A DNA stretch of 64,000 bases from Candidatus Latescibacterota bacterium (GTDB lineage: Bacteria > Latescibacterota > UBA2968), in NCBI GenBank assembly GCA_965204745.1, contig OZ242010.1, positions 2,304,001 through 2,368,000 of the forward strand, read 5' to 3'. The position numbers were made by a program, and so were the translations under genes. Position 1 is the stretch's first letter; each line of letters begins with the position of its first letter. The notes under the pieces were generated by a model that ran no database searches, had not been told where the DNA came from, and saw only the letters and a list, made by a program, of their open reading frames with translations. Below are positions 1 through 10,569 of the stretch, piece after piece.

Positions 1-1
1 G

Positions 2-463
2 CCCGACCCGGATGGCAACCGCTGGCATTTTGAGTTTCCATTCACGGTCGGCGGCAAGGACGTATTCGGCCTGTCCGTGTTTTTGGTCGATTATTTCGAG
101 TCGCACATGGGCGAATCCATGGGCGCGTTCTACACGGATGGCGCGCGCTTTGGCGCTATCGAAACCCCGACCGGGCCGGGCTATACCATCGACACCGCGA
201 TCTGGTTGGCCCCTTACGATTTGGGCGTGCGCCAGCAAGTGCATTTTGAAGCCGTCTCCACGGGCGAGCACGACATTTACGCCATGACCCTGACCATAGA
301 CCGGCTTTCTGGGGACGCGGCTTCCTGGCGGCGGAGCAATCAGGGCTTTATGAACGCGCTCCGCAAACAATTCTTGATCTGGCGCACGGTCGATCCCACC
401 TATCGCGTCAAGTACACGCAAAAGGGCAGGGAACTGCTCGCGGCCCAACCCGTCACCGCATAG
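2..463 (+). CDS. 5'-truncated CDS, probable C-terminus of a large FtsX-like permease/peptidase fusion of the kind found beside OPT-like transporters
   Basis: Frame is open from base 2 (PDPDGNRWHFEFPFT...) through ORF 77..463. The motifs WLAPYDLGV and F-x-x-x-LRKQFLIWR are recalled from this uncharacterised family. It ends 8 bp before the next gene. Confidence 0.55.
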   Translation, partial: PDPDGNRWHFEFPFTVGGKDVFGLSVFLVDYFESHMGESMGAFYTDGARFGAIETPTGPGYTIDTAIWLAPYDLGVRQQVHFEAVSTGEHDIYAMTLTIDRLSGDAASWRRSNQGFMNALRKQFLIWRTVDPTYRVKYTQKGRELLAAQPVTA

Positions 464-471
464 GAAAATCA

Positions 472-2913
472 ATGGCCTTAAGCAACCTGTTGAGACGCAA
501 CAAAGATCCGGAAAAGAAAAACACCCAGTTTGAGGAAATCGAGGAGTACCGCGATCTGCTCGACGACCCGGATGAATTTGTCGATGGCTTCAACATGAAG
601 ACCATCGTGGGCGCGTTGTTCGTGTCGATAGTGATGGTGCCGGGCAACATCTACCTCGACCTGATGATCGGCGGGTCTATCGGCGCGGCAGCGCAATGGG
701 TGACGATCATCTTGTTCATCGAATTGGCAAAGCGGTCGTTCACCACCCTCAAGCGGCAAGAAGTCTATTTGCTGTTCTACGTGACGAGTTCGCTGGTCAA
801 CCGGGAGTCCAATGCGTTTGAAGGTCTGTTGTGGCACCAGTACTTCGTGCAATCGCCCGCAGCCGTGCAATTCGGCATCCAAAAGGCATTGGGCGAACTG
901 TGGTGGTGGGCGCCGCCGGCCGATTCAGAGGCCCTGGTCGAGCGCACGTTTTTACACGCCGATTGGTTTTGGCCCATTGCGTTTTTGGTCTTGGGTACGA
1001 TCATGGGGCGAACCGCGTGGTTTTCCGCGAGCTACGTGTTGTTCCGCATCACCTCCGACTACGAAAAGTTGCCCTTTCCCTTTGCCCCGATCAACGCGCA
1101 CGGGGCCATGGCCCTGGCCGAGGAGAGCAGCGGGGATATCACGTGGCGCTGGCGCATGTTTTCTATCGGCGCGGTCATCGGCGTGGTTTGGGGGATGGTC
1201 TATGTCGCCGTGCCCGCGATTTCGGGCGCGTTCATGGAACAACCCGTGCAACTCATCCCCATTCCCTGGGTGGATTTCACGCAGTACACGGGCTACTTTT
1301 TGCCGGCCACGCCATTGGGCTTTACCCTGCACTTGGGGCCTATTTTCACCGGCTTTCTCGCGCCGTTTTGGGCCGTGATCGGCACGTTTATCGGCGTGGT
1401 CATCCACACCGTCTTAAGCCCCATTTTGTACAACTACGGCTATATGCCCCACTGGTTTATGGGCATGGACACCATCCAGACGCACTTCGTGACCGGCATC
1501 GATTTTTGGATGAGCTTTGGCATTGGCATCACGTTTGCCATAACGGTCATCGGGTTCTATCAGGTGTGGCGGGGCGTGCGAACCGCGCGCATCGAAAAGA
1601 CCGAAAAGGGATCGTGGGAGACCCCGCCCGGCCGCGGCGATTTCAAAATTTGGATCTGCGTGGTGTTGTTCTGTCTGGCGAGTTTGTACACCATCGTGGT
1701 GTCCAAAATTCTGTTCCCGCAGTTGGTCACCGTCACCCTGCTGATCTTTTTCTTCGTGTTTTCCTTTGTGTACACGCCCCTCATTTCCTTTGTCAATGCC
1801 CGCTTGGACGGCATGGTGGGGCAAAACGTGAGCATCCCCTACATCAAAGAAGCCACCATTTTCCTCAGTGGCTTTCGGGGCATTCAGATTTGGTTTGTCG
1901 ATTTTGGCTTGGACAACTACGGCGCGGCAGCGCAACGCTTCAGGGAGATCGAGTTGACCGGCACTAGCTTTCGCAGCATTTTGCGGGCCGAGGTTTTTAT
2001 GGTGCCCTTGGTGTTCCTCACCAGTTTTATGTACTGGTCCTACATCTGGAAACTCGCGCCCATTCCCTCTGACGCGTACCCCTACGTGCAACTGTTCTGG
2101 CCCTTGCGCGCCCTTCAGCGATGCGTGTGGATCACGAGCACCATGCGCGGGGAAGTGACTTACGGTCGGGAAAACACCGTGACGTGGACCCCGGCAAACT
2201 TGTCGAACAATGCGTGGTGGTACTGGCGCGTGCGCGCAACAGCGGACGATCCAGAAACCGTGCCCCCCGAACAGCGCAAGTACGGCCCGTGGTCAAAGAC
2301 CGCCTATTTCTACACCAATTTTGAAGACACGCAACCCCCGCCATATCCGGCCACCGTCTTGAGCCGCGCCCCGCCCGATATTTCCGACGCCCTGGCGCAA
2401 GGACTGCCTTCGGCCCCGGAAATCCGCAGCGCGGACACTGGCGCGCACATGAACACGCCCAACCCGGAAATGGGCATTTCCCAAGCCGTCGATCCCCAAG
2501 GGCGGGACTTGTTCTACCAATTCGAGGTCGATCAAGTGCCCTCTTTTGATGGCGCGTTCTTGCAGTCCTCAGACGATAAGCCCATTTTGTTCGAGGCCCT
2601 CAAGCCCTGGGTGATCGGCTCTGGCTTTGCCGTTGGGATCGTGTTTTTCTGCGTTCTGTCCGTGTTCGGGTTGCCCATCTTGCTCATCTTTGGCTACGTG
2701 CAGAGTTTGACCAATATCCCGCATGTGGTGATCACGCAGATCATCGGCGCGCTGATCGCCCGGTTCTACTTTTGGAAGCGGTTCGGCAAGAAGCAATGGC
2801 GCCTGTACGCGACCGTGCTGGCCGTGGGCTTTTCCGTGGGCATGGCCCTCGTGGGCATGGCGTCTGTGTCTATCGCGATGATCCAAAAGTCCGTATCGGT
2901 CTTGTTGTTCTGA
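472..2913 (+). CDS. OPT-superfamily-like polytopic membrane transporter with an inserted soluble beta domain
   Basis: 813 aa with many hydrophobic helices, motifs YEKLPFPFAP and IPIPWVDFT, and a hydrophilic insert at about 2150-2580. Confidence 0.7.
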   Translation: MALSNLLRRNKDPEKKNTQFEEIEEYRDLLDDPDEFVDGFNMKTIVGALFVSIVMVPGNIYLDLMIGGSIGAAAQWVTIILFIELAKRSFTTLKRQEVYLLFYVTSSLVNRESNAFEGLLWHQYFVQSPAAVQFGIQKALGELWWWAPPADSEALVERTFLHADWFWPIAFLVLGTIMGRTAWFSASYVLFRITSDYEKLPFPFAPINAHGAMALAEESSGDITWRWRMFSIGAVIGVVWGMVYVAVPAISGAFMEQPVQLIPIPWVDFTQYTGYFLPATPLGFTLHLGPIFTGFLAPFWAVIGTFIGVVIHTVLSPILYNYGYMPHWFMGMDTIQTHFVTGIDFWMSFGIGITFAITVIGFYQVWRGVRTARIEKTEKGSWETPPGRGDFKIWICVVLFCLASLYTIVVSKILFPQLVTVTLLIFFFVFSFVYTPLISFVNARLDGMVGQNVSIPYIKEATIFLSGFRGIQIWFVDFGLDNYGAAAQRFREIELTGTSFRSILRAEVFMVPLVFLTSFMYWSYIWKLAPIPSDAYPYVQLFWPLRALQRCVWITSTMRGEVTYGRENTVTWTPANLSNNAWWYWRVRATADDPETVPPEQRKYGPWSKTAYFYTNFEDTQPPPYPATVLSRAPPDISDALAQGLPSAPEIRSADTGAHMNTPNPEMGISQAVDPQGRDLFYQFEVDQVPSFDGAFLQSSDDKPILFEALKPWVIGSGFAVGIVFFCVLSVFGLPILLIFGYVQSLTNIPHVVITQIIGALIARFYFWKRFGKKQWRLYATVLAVGFSVGMALVGMASVSIAMIQKSVSVLLF

Positions 2914-2990
2914 CCCGCGAAAGTCGGTATTCATGACGAAATTCCGTTGGTGATCGTTTGCGCCAACGGAATTTTTTTAGAGAGAAAATC

Positions 2991-3989
2991 ATGGCTGACG
3001 AACGTTTTTTGGTCACGGGCGCGTTGGGGTGTATCGGCGCGTGGACCGTGCGGAATCTCATCCGCGAAGCCGTGCCGGTCACGGTCTTTGATCTGGCGAC
3101 AGAGCCGCGCCGATTGCAACTGCTGCTGTCGGATGCCGAACTCGCGCAGGTGAATTTTGTCGCGGGCGACATTGCGGATTTGCGCGCTTTTGAACGGGCA
3201 TTGGACGAGAACGCGATCACGCACGTCATTCATCTGGCCGGATTGCAAGTCCCGTTTTGCCAAGCGGACCCGCCCCTGGGCGCGCGCGTCAATGTGGTGG
3301 GGACGGTCAATGTGTTTGAAGCGGTGAAGCGCAGGAAAGACCGCATGGACAAAGTGGTCTATGCCAGTTCGGTCGCCGTGTTTGGCGCGCCCGAAGATTA
3401 CGCCCCCGGCGAGGTCATGCGCGATGATTCCGCGCTGATGCCCCACACGCATTACGGCGTGTACAAGCAGGCCAATGAGGGCACTGCCCACGTATATTGG
3501 CTGGACGCGGGCATCTCCTCTATCGGCTTTCGGCCCTACGTGGTCTATGGCGTGGGCCGCGATCAGGGCATGACCTCCACGCCCACGACCGCGATGCTGG
3601 CCGCAGCCGCCAACCTGCCCTATCGCATTTCCTACGGCGGGCGCACCGTGGTTCAATACGCAGACGACACAGCGCGCGCGTTCATTCAGGCAGCGCGGGC
3701 AAATTACGCGGGCGCGGGCGCGTTTAACTTGGGCGGATTCACGCCGACGATGCAACAGGTGAAAGACGCGATTGACCGCGCGGCCCCGGAAGCAGCGGAT
3801 AAGATCGCGTTTGAAGACCTCCAGTTGCCCTTTCCGCAAGCGGTCGATGGCAGTGGCTTAGAGGCCGCGATTGGCGCGCTGCATCACACGCCCCTAACCC
3901 GAGGCGTGGTCGAGACCGTGGCCCTGTTCCGCGAATTGATCGACGCGGGTAAAATCGATCCCAAAACCTATATCGCAACGCGGTCGTGA
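2991..3989 (+). CDS. NAD-dependent epimerase/dehydratase (extended SDR)
   Basis: TGALGCIG Rossmann motif, HLAG, YASS, YGVYK catalytic motif; ATG at 2991. Confidence 0.9.
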   Translation: MADERFLVTGALGCIGAWTVRNLIREAVPVTVFDLATEPRRLQLLLSDAELAQVNFVAGDIADLRAFERALDENAITHVIHLAGLQVPFCQADPPLGARVNVVGTVNVFEAVKRRKDRMDKVVYASSVAVFGAPEDYAPGEVMRDDSALMPHTHYGVYKQANEGTAHVYWLDAGISSIGFRPYVVYGVGRDQGMTSTPTTAMLAAAANLPYRISYGGRTVVQYADDTARAFIQAARANYAGAGAFNLGGFTPTMQQVKDAIDRAAPEAADKIAFEDLQLPFPQAVDGSGLEAAIGALHHTPLTRGVVETVALFRELIDAGKIDPKTYIATRS

Positions 3990-4020
3990 GAAATTTTAAC
4001 CTACCCTCAAAGGAGCAGAT

Positions 4021-5154
4021 ATGTCCAACCCATGCGATGTGCTGATAACAAATGGCCGGGTGATCGACCCGGCAAATGGCGTGGATGCCGTTCGAGATGT
4101 CGCGCTGAACGAGGGCAAAGTGTCCGCCGTGGGGCACAATTTGGGCGAGGCCGATGCGGTGATCGACGCAACCGGGTGTCTCGTGGTGCCTGGCCTGATC
4201 GACTTGCACACCCATGTGTACAAGGATGTGTCGATCTTCGGCATTGAGGCCGACGCGTTGTGCCCGCGTACCGGCGTGACCACGAGTGTGGATACGGGCA
4301 CCGCCGGGTGGATCAATTACCGCGGGTTGGAACGCTACGTGATCGAACCGTCCGAAACGCGCATTTTGGCCTATGTCAATCTTTCCGGCGTCGGCTTGCC
4401 CTGGCGGAGCGGGGAAATGGTGTACGAAGGCTATGTGTCCGCCAGCGAATGCGCCCGCGCGGTTTTGAACCATCCGCAATCCGCCTTGGGCGTCAAGGTG
4501 CGTCTGTACAGAGGCGTGGGCGGAGACGCGGATTTGCGCGATCTGTTGCAAATCGCACTCGAAGCGGCCCATCGCTGTGAAAGACCCCTGATGGTCCACG
4601 TCAGCAATGCGGACGTGCCCCTGCGCGATTTGATCCGACACCTGCGCCCGGGGGATATCGTCACGCATTGTTTTCACGGCACGCAACCTGCGTCCATCAT
4701 CGACAGCCGGGGCAAGGTGATTGCCGAGGCGTGGGAGGCGCGTGACCGCGGTGTGATTTTTGACATTGGGCACGGCTTGGGCAGTTTTAGTTACGACGTG
4801 GGCCGCGCAGCAATGGAAGACGGCTTTCCGCCCGATACCATCAGCAGCGATATTCACTCCTACAATATCGACGGCCCGGTTTACGATTTGCCCACGACGA
4901 TGTCCAAGTTTTTGAATTTGGGCATGCCCCTCGACGAGGTGATCCGCCGTTCCACCCTAGAACCGGCGCAGGTGATCGCCCGAGGCGATGATCTCGGGCA
5001 TATAGGCGTTGGCGCGGCAGGCGATGTCGCGGTGTTCGCATTGGAAACCGGCGCGTTTGAACTGACCGATTCCATGCAACAGGTGTTGATGGGCGAGCAA
5101 CGCTTGGTGTGCCGCGCGTCTGTTCGAGCGGGAAAAATCTGGTGGCAAGCGTGA
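4021..5154 (+). CDS. Amidohydrolase-superfamily metallohydrolase (dihydroorotase-like/deacetylase subgroup)
   Basis: PGLIDLHTH, GVKVR, MVH, THCFH and SSDIH metal-ligand motifs; AAGGAG RBS. Confidence 0.88.
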   Translation: MSNPCDVLITNGRVIDPANGVDAVRDVALNEGKVSAVGHNLGEADAVIDATGCLVVPGLIDLHTHVYKDVSIFGIEADALCPRTGVTTSVDTGTAGWINYRGLERYVIEPSETRILAYVNLSGVGLPWRSGEMVYEGYVSASECARAVLNHPQSALGVKVRLYRGVGGDADLRDLLQIALEAAHRCERPLMVHVSNADVPLRDLIRHLRPGDIVTHCFHGTQPASIIDSRGKVIAEAWEARDRGVIFDIGHGLGSFSYDVGRAAMEDGFPPDTISSDIHSYNIDGPVYDLPTTMSKFLNLGMPLDEVIRRSTLEPAQVIARGDDLGHIGVGAAGDVAVFALETGAFELTDSMQQVLMGEQRLVCRASVRAGKIWWQA

Positions 5155-5157
5155 GTT

Positions 5158-5430
5158 GAGCGGGGTACAAGGCGAGCTACCCTTTGTGCCTTTTGTGCCT
5201 TTTGTGGCTCTTTGTGGCTCTTTGTACAACTGGCGACAGGCCGTTCAAAGGCGAGCGTGTAGGGGCGTGGCCAGAGGTGAGACGCAAGAGGCAAGAGGCA
5301 AGAGGCAAGAGGTGAGTACAACTGGAGCGTGTAGGGGCGTGACCAGAGGTGAGACGCAAGAGGCAAGAGGCAAGAGGCAAGAGGTGAGTACAACTAGCGA
5401 GCGTGTAGGGGCGTGGCCCCCGTGCCCGCT
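5158..5430. repeat. Mosaic intergenic repeat cluster
   Basis: 9/10-bp (CTTTGTGCC)-like tandem, two ~70-bp copies each containing GAGGCAA heptamers, and three GTAGGGGCGTG REP-like starts. Confidence 0.85.
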
Positions 5431-5456
5431 TGAAGGCAAGATGGAGGGATTGATCG

Positions 5457-6197
5457 ATGACACCGACTCAAGTCGCGCAGTACGAGCGCGATGGTTTTCT
5501 CATGGTCCGCGATTTGTTGACCGCTGATGAGATCGCCGCGTTTCTCGCCGCAGAACGCGAACCCAAACCCCAAGCGTGGCGCGAATTGGGACTCAGGCGG
5601 CATACCGCCGATCCGCACTGGCGATATCTGGCGATGCACCCCAAAATTTCGCGTGTGGTCGCGCAACTGCTCAACGGGCACCCGCGCATCGTGCAGACGA
5701 TGTTCATGAACAAACAGCCCGACGGCGGCACGGGCGTGGCCCTGCATCAGGACGTGCATTATATTCGGAACGAACCCGAGACCCTGATGGCGTGTTGGCT
5801 GGCATTGAGCGATACGGACCGCGACAACGGGGGCCTGTGCGTGGTGCCGCGCAGCCACAAGCGACCCGTGTACAAAACCGCACCGCCCAAGGATGACCGC
5901 GAACACGCGCGTTGGGAAAAGGTCTATCGCATGCGCGGGGCAGATGGGCAGGCGTGGGATGAACCCATGCATTCGCACGAGGTGCAGGGCTTGGATGTGG
6001 ACGAGGTGGTGTATTTGCGCGTGCCAAAGGGCGGCGGGGTGTTTTTCACGAGCCGCACGATCCACGGCTCGTTTGCCAATCGGTCAGGGGATCGCCCGCG
6101 CCTCGCATTCGCCACGCACTACGTCAAAGACGGCACCTGGGTTTATCGGGCGGATATTCAAGAGACGGTGTCGGTGGGGAAAGGCGAAAGGCAGTAG
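5457..6197 (+). CDS. Phytanoyl-CoA dioxygenase (PhyH) family 2OG-Fe(II) oxygenase
   Basis: YERDGFL N-terminus, LHQD (HxD), NGGLCVVPRSH, IHGS...NRS...R. Confidence 0.9.
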   Translation: MTPTQVAQYERDGFLMVRDLLTADEIAAFLAAEREPKPQAWRELGLRRHTADPHWRYLAMHPKISRVVAQLLNGHPRIVQTMFMNKQPDGGTGVALHQDVHYIRNEPETLMACWLALSDTDRDNGGLCVVPRSHKRPVYKTAPPKDDREHARWEKVYRMRGADGQAWDEPMHSHEVQGLDVDEVVYLRVPKGGGVFFTSRTIHGSFANRSGDRPRLAFATHYVKDGTWVYRADIQETVSVGKGERQ

Positions 6198-6453
6198 GCA
6201 GTAGTCAGTGGTCAGTCCCCGCACCGCCCTTCCGCAAGTGAGACGTGAGAGGGAAGACGGGAGAGGGCCGCCCATCCGCTCAAGCGGATCGGGTATAGAT
6301 GATGAATCGAATGTCGAAGTAAATGTGTTGCTAAATAAAGACCGTATATTTTCAATTACAGCGATACTTAATATATCCCCTTTCTGAGTTCTCACTCGAT
6401 CTACCGATAGGTGCAACGGTTTTAGTTAACGGTGAAAGCGTAGGGAAAACGCC

Positions 6454-9400
6454 ATGACAGGACAACTTTTTACCCAGAACTTCCTCACCATCGGCATACG
6501 AGACACGGATGAATGGCGGGGGTTGGACGCGCCATTTGCCGAGTTTCAACGCGATGTCGCGCAAGCCTATCAGAGCTTCGAGACGCGCCAAGCACCCAAC
6601 GAAGCCGTCACCGAGGAAGACCTCATCCGCCCGATTTTGAGACTGCTCAATTGGACCGACTACTCGCCGCAACAGGACAGTGGCGACGACATTCCCGATC
6701 ACCTGCTGTTCGCCGATGCGGAATCCAAAGCGCGTGCCGATGCCCGCAGCAATGCGCGCCACCGGTTCAAAGACGCCCTGGCGATTGAAGAAAGCAAGCG
6801 GTTTGGCCGTTCGCTCGACGCACGGGATGGCAACCGCACGCCCCACGGGCAGATATCCGAGGCCCTGTCAACTGCGGTTGCCCTCTCGGATGGGCAAATC
6901 CGCTGGGGCATCTTGACCAATGGCCAGAGGTGGCGTCTGTACGACTACCGCACCCGGCCGCGCACGAGCAGTTACTTTGAGGCCGACTTGGACGACTTGC
7001 TCCAGCCCGGCAATGAAGACGACCTCCGCGTCTTTTATCTCTTGTTTCGGCGCGAGGCGTTCATCTATCGGGATGGCGCGACAACCACCTTTTTGGAATA
7101 CGCCCTGGCCGAGGGGCAGCGATACGAAGACGAGGTCGCAGAAGACCTTTCGAGCGTGGTCTTTGAGCGCGTCTTTCCAAATCTCGTTGCAGCACTTGCA
7201 GATGCCACCTCGGAAAACCTGTCAAAAATCCGGGAAGCCGCCCTGATTTTTCTGTACCGCGTGCTCTTTGTGCTCTACGCCGAGGACAGGGGCTTGTTGC
7301 CGGTCAACGAATCGCGTTACGACGACTATGGCCTGCGAAAGCGCGTGCGGGACGACATCGCGCGCCGGATGGATCAGCAAGATGCCTTTTCCAGCATCGT
7401 GACCAATTATTTCGATCACCTTTCCAACCTGTTCCTGATTATCAACACAGGCGACCCGTCCATTGGCCTGCCGCCCTACAACGGTGGCTTGTTCGCGCCA
7501 GAGGTCGCACCCCTTCTAGAAACCGTCCGCCTGCCCGACGCCACTATCGCGCCGATCATCTACGACTTGAGCCACACCGAGTCCAAAGGCAACCGCAACT
7601 TTGTCAATTACCGCGACCTGTCCGTGCAACAACTCGGCTCCATTTGGGAGCGTCTCCTCGAACGCGAACTCGTGCGTGAAGGCGACGAGATCGCCATTCG
7701 CCTCAATGCGTACGCCCGCAAAGACAGCGGCAGTTTTTACACGTCCCAAGACCTCGTCGATCTCATTGTGGCTAGGACCCTGAAACCCTTAGCCGAAGAG
7801 CGTCTCAAGGCATTTGAAGACAAAGCCGCCGCGCTCGCCCATGACCCCCGGCCCAAAGCTGAGCGGAAAGCCGAGTTGTGCAAATGCGACCCGGCCGAGG
7901 CGGTCTTGAATCTCAAAGTTATGGACCCGGCCATGGGTAGTGGGCACTTCCTCGTCACTGCGGTCGATTTCCTCGCGGACATCATCTCCGAGTTGGTCGA
8001 GCGCGTTCCCACCCCCAAGTGGCTGAACGGGGAATACGTCTCGCCACTCATGGCGCGGGTGACGGCGATTAAAGAGGACATCGTCCAACGGGCAAAGGCA
8101 TCCAACTGGATTTTGAACGAATCCCAACTGACCGACCAAGCCATCATCCGGCGCATGGTGCTCAAGCGGTGCATCTACGGCATAGACAAGAACCCGCTCA
8201 CCGTGGAACTGGCAAAGGTCTCCCTGTGGTTGCACAGCCTCACGATGGGCGCCCCCCTGTCCTTTCTCGACCACCACTTGCGCTGCGGGGACTCGCTCAT
8301 GGGCATGCGCGTCAAAGACGCCATTGACGAAATGAACCGACTCGGCGGCCTGTTCGTCCACAATGCCATTGCCGGGGCCGAAGCCGCCACCGCGGGCATG
8401 CAACGCATTGAAGAAATGTCTGACGCGGATATGACCGAAGTGCAAGAATCCGCGTTCCTATTCGGGCAAGTGGAAGATACAACCGCTGCCCTGCGCGGCC
8501 TGCTCGACTTCCTCTGCGGCCTGCGCTATCTGACCGCGGGGATGAACCCGCGAGAACTCGCCGCTTATGAAGCCCCGCTGATGACAACCCTCGGCCGGCA
8601 ACCGGAAAATGCTTATGGGCTTTTGTCCCGAGGCCCTGACGAGAGGGGCGATGGCGCGGATTGGTCGGGCTTCTCCGAACTGTGGCGAGACGCCCATGCC
8701 ATTGTCCAGCGCGAGCGTTTTTTGCACTGGGAGGTCGCGTTCCCGGGCGTGTGGCAGAACTGGCAACACAATCAGCCAGAAGGCGGCTTTGACGCGGTGA
8801 TCGGCAACCCGCCGTGGGATCGCATCAAGTTGCAAGAGGTCGAGTGGTTCGCAAGCCGCGCGCCCGAGTTGGCACGCGCCCCAACCGCAACAGCGCGGCG
8901 CACCGCCATCCAAAAGCTCCGCAAACAGGCCGATCCGCTGGCCGCCGACTTCGACGCGGCCAAGGCGCAATCGGACAAACTCGCGCACTGGGTCCGCACC
9001 TCTGGCGACTATCCCCTGCTCGGTGGCGGCGACATCAACCTCTACGCCTTGTTCGTGGAGCGGGTGATGAGCCTCGTAAAGCCGGATGGCATCATCGGCT
9101 TGATTACGCCCTCGGGCATCTATGCGGACAAGACCGCGGCACCCTTCTTCAAATCCGTCTCCACTGCCGGGCGCGTCGCCTGCGTGTTCGATTTTGAGAA
9201 CAAGAAAATTTTCTTCCCGGACGTTCACGCCTCATTCAAATTCTGCGCCTTCGTATTCGGCGGCGAAAACCGAACATTCGCCGAGACGCACTGCGCCTTC
9301 TTTCTCCACGACATCGCAACGATTGACGATCCACAACGCTGTTTCCCGCTGACGCCGGACGACTTCGCCCGCGTCAACCCCAACACCGGCACTGCCCCTG

Positions 9401-10569
9401 TCTTTCGCAACCTCAGAGATGCCGAGATCACCCGCTACATCTACGAGCTCCACCCTGTATTGGTCGATCACGCAGGGGACAAAGAACGCCGCGCTTGGCC
9501 GGTGCGCTACAACAGAATGTTCGATATGACCAACGACTCTGAACTCTTTCGCACGCGGGAAGAATTGGAAGAGCGGGAAAGCGCGTATCCCACAGGGGAC
9601 AAAGAACGCCGCGCTTGGCCTGTCAAGTACGCCACGATGTTTCACATGACCAACGACTCTGGACTCTTTCACACGCGGGAAGAATTGGAAGAGCGGGAAG
9701 GCGCGTATCCCATCGGCGGCAATCGCTTCAATAGTCCAAGCGGGGAATGGCTACCGCTGTACCAAGGCCGAATGATTTGGCAATTTGATCACCGCGCTAA
9801 CTCGGTTCGCATCAACCCTCAGAGTACGCACAATCCCTATTTGAGCGAGGAAGTCAGCGCGGGGCAACACGCGGATCCGGACTTTCTCCCGCAACCGCAA
9901 TACTATGTTCCTGCGGAAAATGTGGAGATGGCCTTTCCGCAGAGCAGCGGCTGGGCATTGGGTTTCCGCGACATTACCAACCCGACTAATATGCGAACGA
10001 TGGTCGCATCTATTGTCCCATGGGCGGGCTATGGCAACACCCTTCCCCTGCTCATCGGCGATGACAGCGTCGCCGCGATGTGTCTGGTTGCGAATTTGAA
10101 TGCTCTTGTATTCGATTTTGTTACGCGCCAGAAAGTGCAAGGTCAGCATTTGAACTGGTTCATCATCGAGCAACTCCCGGTCATCGCCCCGGACGCTTAC
10201 GATAGGAAATTCGGCCCCAAAACCGCCCGCGATCTCGTCCGCGAAGCCGTGTTGGAACTCACCTATACAGCGCACGACATGGCCCCTTTCGCCCGCGACT
10301 TGGGCTATGTCGATAAATCGGGCGAGGTGCTGCCGCCCTTTGTTTGGGACGAGGACCGCCGCCTGCGTTTGCGCGCCAAACTCGACGCGGTATTCTTCCA
10401 TCTCTACGGCATTACTGACCGCGATGATGCGCGCTATGTCTATTCGACATTTCCCATTGTCGAGCAGCAAGAAACCGCCGACTATGGCCGGTATTTGTCC
10501 CGCGATCTGTGCCTCGCGTACATGAACGCACTGGCGGCCGGTGACGCGGATGCGGAGCCGGTGGTGTGA
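6454..10569 (+). CDS. Type IIG restriction-modification enzyme (Eco57I-like fused nuclease/N6-adenine methyltransferase/TRD)
   Basis: N-terminal PD...EESK nuclease with WGILTNG, then GSFYT, DPAMGSGHFL (motif I), GNPPW (motif IV), and a C-terminal specificity region. Confidence 0.92.
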   Translation: MTGQLFTQNFLTIGIRDTDEWRGLDAPFAEFQRDVAQAYQSFETRQAPNEAVTEEDLIRPILRLLNWTDYSPQQDSGDDIPDHLLFADAESKARADARSNARHRFKDALAIEESKRFGRSLDARDGNRTPHGQISEALSTAVALSDGQIRWGILTNGQRWRLYDYRTRPRTSSYFEADLDDLLQPGNEDDLRVFYLLFRREAFIYRDGATTTFLEYALAEGQRYEDEVAEDLSSVVFERVFPNLVAALADATSENLSKIREAALIFLYRVLFVLYAEDRGLLPVNESRYDDYGLRKRVRDDIARRMDQQDAFSSIVTNYFDHLSNLFLIINTGDPSIGLPPYNGGLFAPEVAPLLETVRLPDATIAPIIYDLSHTESKGNRNFVNYRDLSVQQLGSIWERLLERELVREGDEIAIRLNAYARKDSGSFYTSQDLVDLIVARTLKPLAEERLKAFEDKAAALAHDPRPKAERKAELCKCDPAEAVLNLKVMDPAMGSGHFLVTAVDFLADIISELVERVPTPKWLNGEYVSPLMARVTAIKEDIVQRAKASNWILNESQLTDQAIIRRMVLKRCIYGIDKNPLTVELAKVSLWLHSLTMGAPLSFLDHHLRCGDSLMGMRVKDAIDEMNRLGGLFVHNAIAGAEAATAGMQRIEEMSDADMTEVQESAFLFGQVEDTTAALRGLLDFLCGLRYLTAGMNPRELAAYEAPLMTTLGRQPENAYGLLSRGPDERGDGADWSGFSELWRDAHAIVQRERFLHWEVAFPGVWQNWQHNQPEGGFDAVIGNPPWDRIKLQEVEWFASRAPELARAPTATARRTAIQKLRKQADPLAADFDAAKAQSDKLAHWVRTSGDYPLLGGGDINLYALFVERVMSLVKPDGIIGLITPSGIYADKTAAPFFKSVSTAGRVACVFDFENKKIFFPDVHASFKFCAFVFGGENRTFAETHCAFFLHDIATIDDPQRCFPLTPDDFARVNPNTGTAPVFRNLRDAEITRYIYELHPVLVDHAGDKERRAWPVRYNRMFDMTNDSELFRTREELEERESAYPTGDKERRAWPVKYATMFHMTNDSGLFHTREELEEREGAYPIGGNRFNSPSGEWLPLYQGRMIWQFDHRANSVRINPQSTHNPYLSEEVSAGQHADPDFLPQPQYYVPAENVEMAFPQSSGWALGFRDITNPTNMRTMVASIVPWAGYGNTLPLLIGDDSVAAMCLVANLNALVFDFVTRQKVQGQHLNWFIIEQLPVIAPDAYDRKFGPKTARDLVREAVLELTYTAHDMAPFARDLGYVDKSGEVLPPFVWDEDRRLRLRAKLDAVFFHLYGITDRDDARYVYSTFPIVEQQETADYGRYLSRDLCLAYMNALAAGDADAEPVV
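9471..9710 (+). repeat. In-frame 120-bp tandem duplication inside the type IIG gene
   Basis: 9471-9590 vs 9591-9710: 16 mismatches by hand alignment, 12 of them within 25 bp. Confidence 0.95.

Noticed and set aside
9471-9710. Diversity-generating retroelement template/variable repeat pair
   Set aside because: Mismatches are not adenine-specific and no reverse transcriptase is present in the window.
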